A stretch of DNA of 13,079 nucleotides from Octopus sinensis. Taxonomy: Eukaryota. Positions 9,278-13,079 of this stretch are shown here, piece after piece. The notes under the pieces are model-generated. The model searched no databases, was not told the origin of the DNA, and saw nothing but the letters and a program-made list of their open reading frames with translations. The position numbers were made by a program, and so were the translations under genes. The DNA is taken from positions 1-13,079 of the forward strand of contig NW_021826346.1 of the NCBI RefSeq assembly GCF_006345805.1. Reading direction: 5' to 3'. Each line of letters opens with the position of its first letter. Within the stretch, counting starts at the first letter, position 1.

Positions 9278-10500
9278 AGAAATTCTGAAAATGAATACAG
9301 AGAAGTGTTGGTCATTTGTAATCCGGATAAATAGAAGCGTATAATATTCACATGTGGCGATAATAATACTGCCCCCCTTAATGGAACGCCGTCTCGGTAT
9401 CGACAGTGCAAGGGCTAAAATTTAAAGGTGTTTTAGGGTGAAAATGTAGGCAGAAATAGCAGGAAGTTCCTTTTGTCTTGTGAGTGGTATCAGAAAGTTA
9501 ACTGTTTGCAAAATTCATGTTGAGCAACTTCATCTTGTTATCCTGTTCCCGTGACATGTGAAGTGATGGTCCAAATTCCTGTTCATATCGCAAATCTACT
9601 GAAAACAGATGATGGTTATTATTGCTGTATTGTTGTTGCAAGTCACTACTTCTCCAAAACGGTCAGAGGCTCGACCTTAAAAGTGTCACACTGCGGATAG
9701 TGTTTGCAAAGTTCTGTTTGAAGATGTCGTTTGTCGGCACAGATGTATAAAAATCCAGATGAATGATCAAGGGAGAGAATTCGTGACTGGAACGCAGCAG
9801 CATAAAACAAGTACTTATCATCTTCAACTAAGAGGTTTTTTATCAAATCCCTTGGGTACGGTTCTAACTAGGCTGAATGTTAACCAGCAGTACCGTGTGC
9901 GTATCCAACAGCCAATCATTATTCAACAAATTTTAATCCATTATATGCTCTACTTCAAACTGAACTAAAGCACAACCAAACTGTCAAAGATCACGACTGC
10001 AATGTCAGAATAGTGCAGTCGAGTCAAAAAGAACAATATGATAGAAAACGCGAGCAACAGCAGTTTGGTGTGGGAAATAAAGTTCTGTTCAAAAACTTAA
10101 TACCTATTTCTTTACTGCCCACAAGTGGCTAAACACAGAGGGGACAAACAAGGACAGACAAACGGATTAAGTCGATTATATCGACCTCAGTGCGTAACTG
10201 GTCCTTAATTTATCGACCCTGAAGGGATGAAAGGCAAAATCAACCTCGGCGGAATTTGAACTCGGAACGTATCGACAGACGAAATACGGCTACGCATTTT
10301 GCCCGGCGTGCTAACGTTTCTGCCAGCTCGCCGCCTTAATACAAGAGCACAGAAAATACAAGATGACAGAAAAGGAAGGCATCATACAGAGCGCCGCACA
10401 GGTCCTTACGTTGTTGAGGAAGTTTGTGGCAGAAAACTCTACCGACTTTCAAATAACAATAAAATGCTAGAAAATAAAATAAATGGCGTCCGATATATTG
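9278..10500 (+). pseudogene. Decayed Gypsy/Ty3-type integrase (pol 3' part)
   Basis: Manual translation across frameshifts: SCEWYQKVN, PVPVTCEVMVQIPVHIANLLKTDDGYYCCIVVASHYFSK, EARP, VLFEDVVCRHRCIKIQMNDQGREFV, KTSTYHLQ, N*AEC*PAVPCAYPTANHYSTNFNPLYALL, QKEQYDRK..FGVGNKVLFKN and TGPYVVEEVCGRKLYRL (GPY/F motif). Confidence 0.9.
10104..10335 (-). mobile_element. tRNA-derived SINE (family B) inserted in the integrase relic
   Basis: Reverse-complement homology to 3657-3891; 7-8-bp TSD (c)ttaatac at 10096-10103 and 10335-10342. Confidence 0.93.
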
Positions 10501-10876
10501 AGCAGCCGCCAGCATGTGAAAACACACAAGTGATAAAAATCCAAGTACCTTAACTCCAAACTAATCATAGTGACTCTTTCTAATTTTCAATCTTTTATTG
10601 CTTCTGTCATAAGATTTCGGTTGTGCTGGAGAAGGGCCTTCTAGAATTTTAGTCAAACTATTCGAACCTAGTACTTTTAATTTTACCCAACCACTAAGTA
10701 ATGGGAAATAAACACACCATAGAAGTTGTCGAGTGGTGGTGGGATACGCACACGCACACTCAGACGCACATATACAGCGCACACGTATATAAGTGTATAC
10801 ACGACGCGCTTCTTTGAGTTTCCTTCTAAATCTACTCACAAGGCTTTTGTCAGCCGGAGACTATAGTAGAAGATTT

Positions 10877-11308
10877 GGATCTTTTCGGTTTGGCCGGCAG
10901 TTTTTAACATAATTTCTAAGTAACTAAAAAATTTTAAACTTCGTATACTGGTAGAATGTGTTTATAAAACATCTTTTTCTCTTGGCTTTATTGGGAAAAT
11001 TCTATAGTTTGTAAGATATTTGTTGTTTTTTTCTTCAGTTTCTGCAATTTCAACCAATCAATGACGTCTATTGAGGTGAAAACATTCTGTGCCGTATAAA
11101 TATGTCCCTCATTTAAGAAACAGATTGGGTTTATTTACATTTGTGGAAAAAAAAGATACCCTTCCCCTCACCCCTAACCCTAACCCTAACTCTAACCCTA
11201 ACCCTAAAACAGATTGAAATGTAATAGATCGATACTAGGGTCATAATTATGGGTGACAATTTCGTATGACACCGCTAGAAAAAACCGCCGTTCAAACCTA
11301 AAAGATCC
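10877..11308 (+). mobile_element. Full-length 432-bp MITE with about 29-bp TIRs and an 8-bp TSD (hAT-like by TSD length)
   Basis: TIRs ggatcttttcggtttggccggcagttttt vs ggatcttttaggtttgaacggcggttttt (25/29); exact TSD gaagattt at 10869-10876 and 11309-11316; no ORF. Confidence 0.95.
11172..11207 (-). repeat. Interstitial telomere-like (TTAGGG)6 tract inside the MITE
   Basis: ccctaa x3, ctctaa, ccctaa x2. Confidence 0.9.
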
Positions 11309-11400
11309 GAAGATTTAGACAAAAAGCCAGTTCAACATGTGAAACCGTTAATCCTCACACGTTCTTTCTTCTTTCTCTCTACATTTTCATTCCTCAATCA

Positions 11401-11434
11401 TTTCTGTCGAAGAGAGTAGGCTAGAAACGTCAAA
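11401..11434 (+). ncRNA. Degenerate minimal-hammerhead-like relic (third family)
   Basis: ttt-CUGUCGA-...-GAAA-cg-UC-aaa layout with an ACGU palindromic stem III, but core A6 is U and stem II pairs poorly. Confidence 0.3.
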
Positions 11435-11903
11435 GACCTTTTCATTTTTCCTGAGCGTCAAACTGATCCATCCTGTTTGTTCACTTCTTAGTCTTCTGGG
11501 ATTTTTTTTTTTTTTTGTATATTTGAATCATATTTAGTAGAAGATACTTGTTCAAGATGGGACTGTGGAACTGAGCCTGGAACCTTACAGTTGCGAAACA
11601 AACTTCCTATCACAAAATAAAAATTTATAAAATGCATACATAAAACATTCATACCTAAATACATACATATATATATTACTACCATGAAATCAACCTTTCT
11701 GTCTATATATCTACCCTCTTTATAATGTTGGCAAATGAAATAGGGATAAGAATGTGCATTGTCCGTTTAATTAGAAAATTCTATAAGTGGCTGAAGATTG
11801 CTCGACATTTTAAAACTGATGTAATACTTACAGTGTTTAATAAAATGAAGTAGCATGAAACAATTGTCCAACTCTACCTTGGATATCCTTGTTGCTTATT
11901 TTG

Positions 11904-11907
<4 letters not shown>

Positions 11908-11938
<31 letters not shown>
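11908..11938. repeat. (TA)n microsatellite
   Basis: Direct inspection. Confidence 0.95.
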
Positions 11939-11940
<2 letters not shown>

Positions 11941-12052
11941 AAGCAATTAAGATTCAAGTAACTTCCAATGAATTTACTTGAATGTGGTACTTAACTAGAT
12001 GCACCAGAAAACTATATGGTGTTATCCATACAGTAATGTGGGGGTGATTATA

Positions 12053-12373
12053 ACGAGAAAGAAGCAACAAGAATGGATTGGTTTTTAGTACAATTGTTTC
12101 ATACAAAGACAGGCCTTATTACAAGTTGCAAAAATTGCAGCAGATAAGGAACTTTGGAAAACTGTTTACAACCTATATCTGCTCTAATGGAACTATCTCC
12201 AATATCTCATGAGTATAACCTCACCCACTAAGATGTCTAGAGAACTCAAATGTATTTTAGCTGATGAGTACGGGACACTTTTATCTGCTGCAATTTTTGC
12301 AACTTGTAATAAAGCCTGTCTTTGTATGAAACAATTGTACTAAAAACCAATCCATTCTTGTTGCTTCTTTCTC

Positions 12374-12375
<2 letters not shown>
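12053..12375. repeat. Inverted repeat, 95-bp arms (12053-12147, 12281-12375), 133-bp spacer
   Basis: 94/95 identity; the right arm runs straight into (TA)n. Confidence 0.97.
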
Positions 12376-12414
<39 letters not shown>

Positions 12415-12429
12415 TATATATATATATAT

Positions 12430-12557
12430 ATTTATTATATAGAAGGAGCTTCTACAGGACTAGAACTGTTTTCATTCAAGAGAAATCTTCAGCTTCCTGA
12501 AGATTCTCTTGAATGAAACAGTTCTAGTCCTGTAGAAGCTCCTTCTATATAATAAAT
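12430..12557. repeat. Near-perfect hairpin, about 62-bp arms, 4-nt loop cttc (12493-12496)
   Basis: Arms differ only by two 1-nt indels in homopolymer runs. Confidence 0.96.
12491..12540 (+). ncRNA. Type I hammerhead ribozyme motif (family P2)
   Basis: Stem I agcttc / gaagct (6 bp); CUGAAGA 12497-12503; stem II ttc-tctt-gaa plus one unpaired U; GAAA 12515-12518; stem III cag/ctg; GUA triplet 12532-12534. Confidence 0.65.
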
Positions 12558-12626
12558 TAATTTTACTCTGTTATGTATTGAGTACCTTATTTACTGTGGT
12601 TAACCCCGAATCAACCCGGGACCTAC
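12491..12626 (+). mobile_element. Short HHR-bearing terminal repeat, probably Penelope-like pLTR (family P2)
   Basis: HHR followed by AATAAA (12551-12556) and about 70 nt, ending in a microsatellite; same layout as P1 but unrelated sequence. Confidence 0.55.
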
Positions 12627-12740
12627 ATATATATATATATATATGTGTGTTGTGTGTGTGTGTGTGTGTGTGTGTATGTATATATATAATATATATATAT
12701 GTGTGTGTGTGTATATATATATTATATATATTATATATAT
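12627..12740. repeat. Compound (TA)n/(TG)n microsatellite
   Basis: Direct inspection. Confidence 0.95.
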
Positions 12741-12935
12741 ACCGGAGTAAACATATAAATGTGAAACAAGGTGGAAAAAGAGTACTCAAATACCAGTGGT
12801 AGAGTAATATGCTTTATTTAAAGCAGCAGAAAATTCAACAAAATCTGTTACTCTGAGTTTCTCGTTGCCGTTCATTAGACAGTTTTTGCTAGAATGGAAC
12901 CGATATATCAATTCAATCTAGACTCTTACAAACGC
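12741..12935 (-). mobile_element. Second P1 pLTR-like copy, not folded back; HHR at 12840-12886 (minus) with core CUAAUGA
   Basis: About 97% identical to 5271-5420, continuing with different sequence (tagaatggaacc...) past the point where the first copy folds back; right boundary approximate. Confidence 0.72.
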
Positions 12936-13079
12936 TATATATATATATATGTATGTATATATGTATGTATATGTATGAAATATCCACATACATGTATATA
13001 ATTTGCGATGTTAATAAGGCTAGAAAGAAAAGATATATAGTCAGAAATAATGAAAATGTCTGCAGATATAAATGTCTGG

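Larger units (their letters stand above)
10591..11614 (-). mobile_element. Old family D SINE split into body (10591-10874) and head (11535-11614) by nested insertions
   Basis: Both parts align to the reverse complement of 7666-8033; 11-bp duplication tagtagaagat at 10864-10874 and 11535-11545. Confidence 0.75.

Noticed and set aside
9278-10500. Domesticated or functional integrase gene, or Ginger transposon
   Set aside because: Multiple stops, frameshifts and deletions, first catalytic D apparently changed to H; no LTRs or TIRs visible to refine the class.
11172-11207. True telomere or chromosome-fusion scar
   Set aside because: Only six units and located at a fixed position inside a MITE.
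8881-11308. Composite transposon: inverted MITE pair mobilising the integrase relic
   Set aside because: The right MITE has its own 8-bp TSD and the left MITE lacks its outer TIR, so they are independent insertions.
11990-12280. Possible coding relic (WGDYN...) on the plus strand
   Set aside because: Stops in all frames examined and no further recognisable motifs.

Overview
AT-rich, microsatellite-dense eukaryotic non-coding DNA; no intact protein-coding gene is supported. The repeat families look like octopus/cephalopod repeats (recognition from memory, not database-verified). The window is a stack of nested mobile-element relics: a decayed CR1-type LINE ORF2 (about 1520-3560, minus), a Gypsy-type integrase relic (9278-10500, plus), a zinc-finger-bearing non-LTR 3' end (8161-8652, minus), eight tRNA-derived SINEs from about four families, three copies of an 8-bp-TSD MITE that carries TTAGGG repeats, and short Penelope-like (PLE) terminal repeats containing minimal hammerhead ribozyme (HHR) motifs. 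The most unusual signal is a cluster of local inverted duplications. Two unrelated HHR-bearing repeats are folded back head-to-head right at the ribozyme (5343-5496, 12430-12557). There is also a 1.2-kb dup/inversion knot (5517-6713), a 95-bp-arm inverted repeat (12053-12375) and a 153-bp inverted templated insertion (8386-8538). Most of these end in (TA)n tracts.
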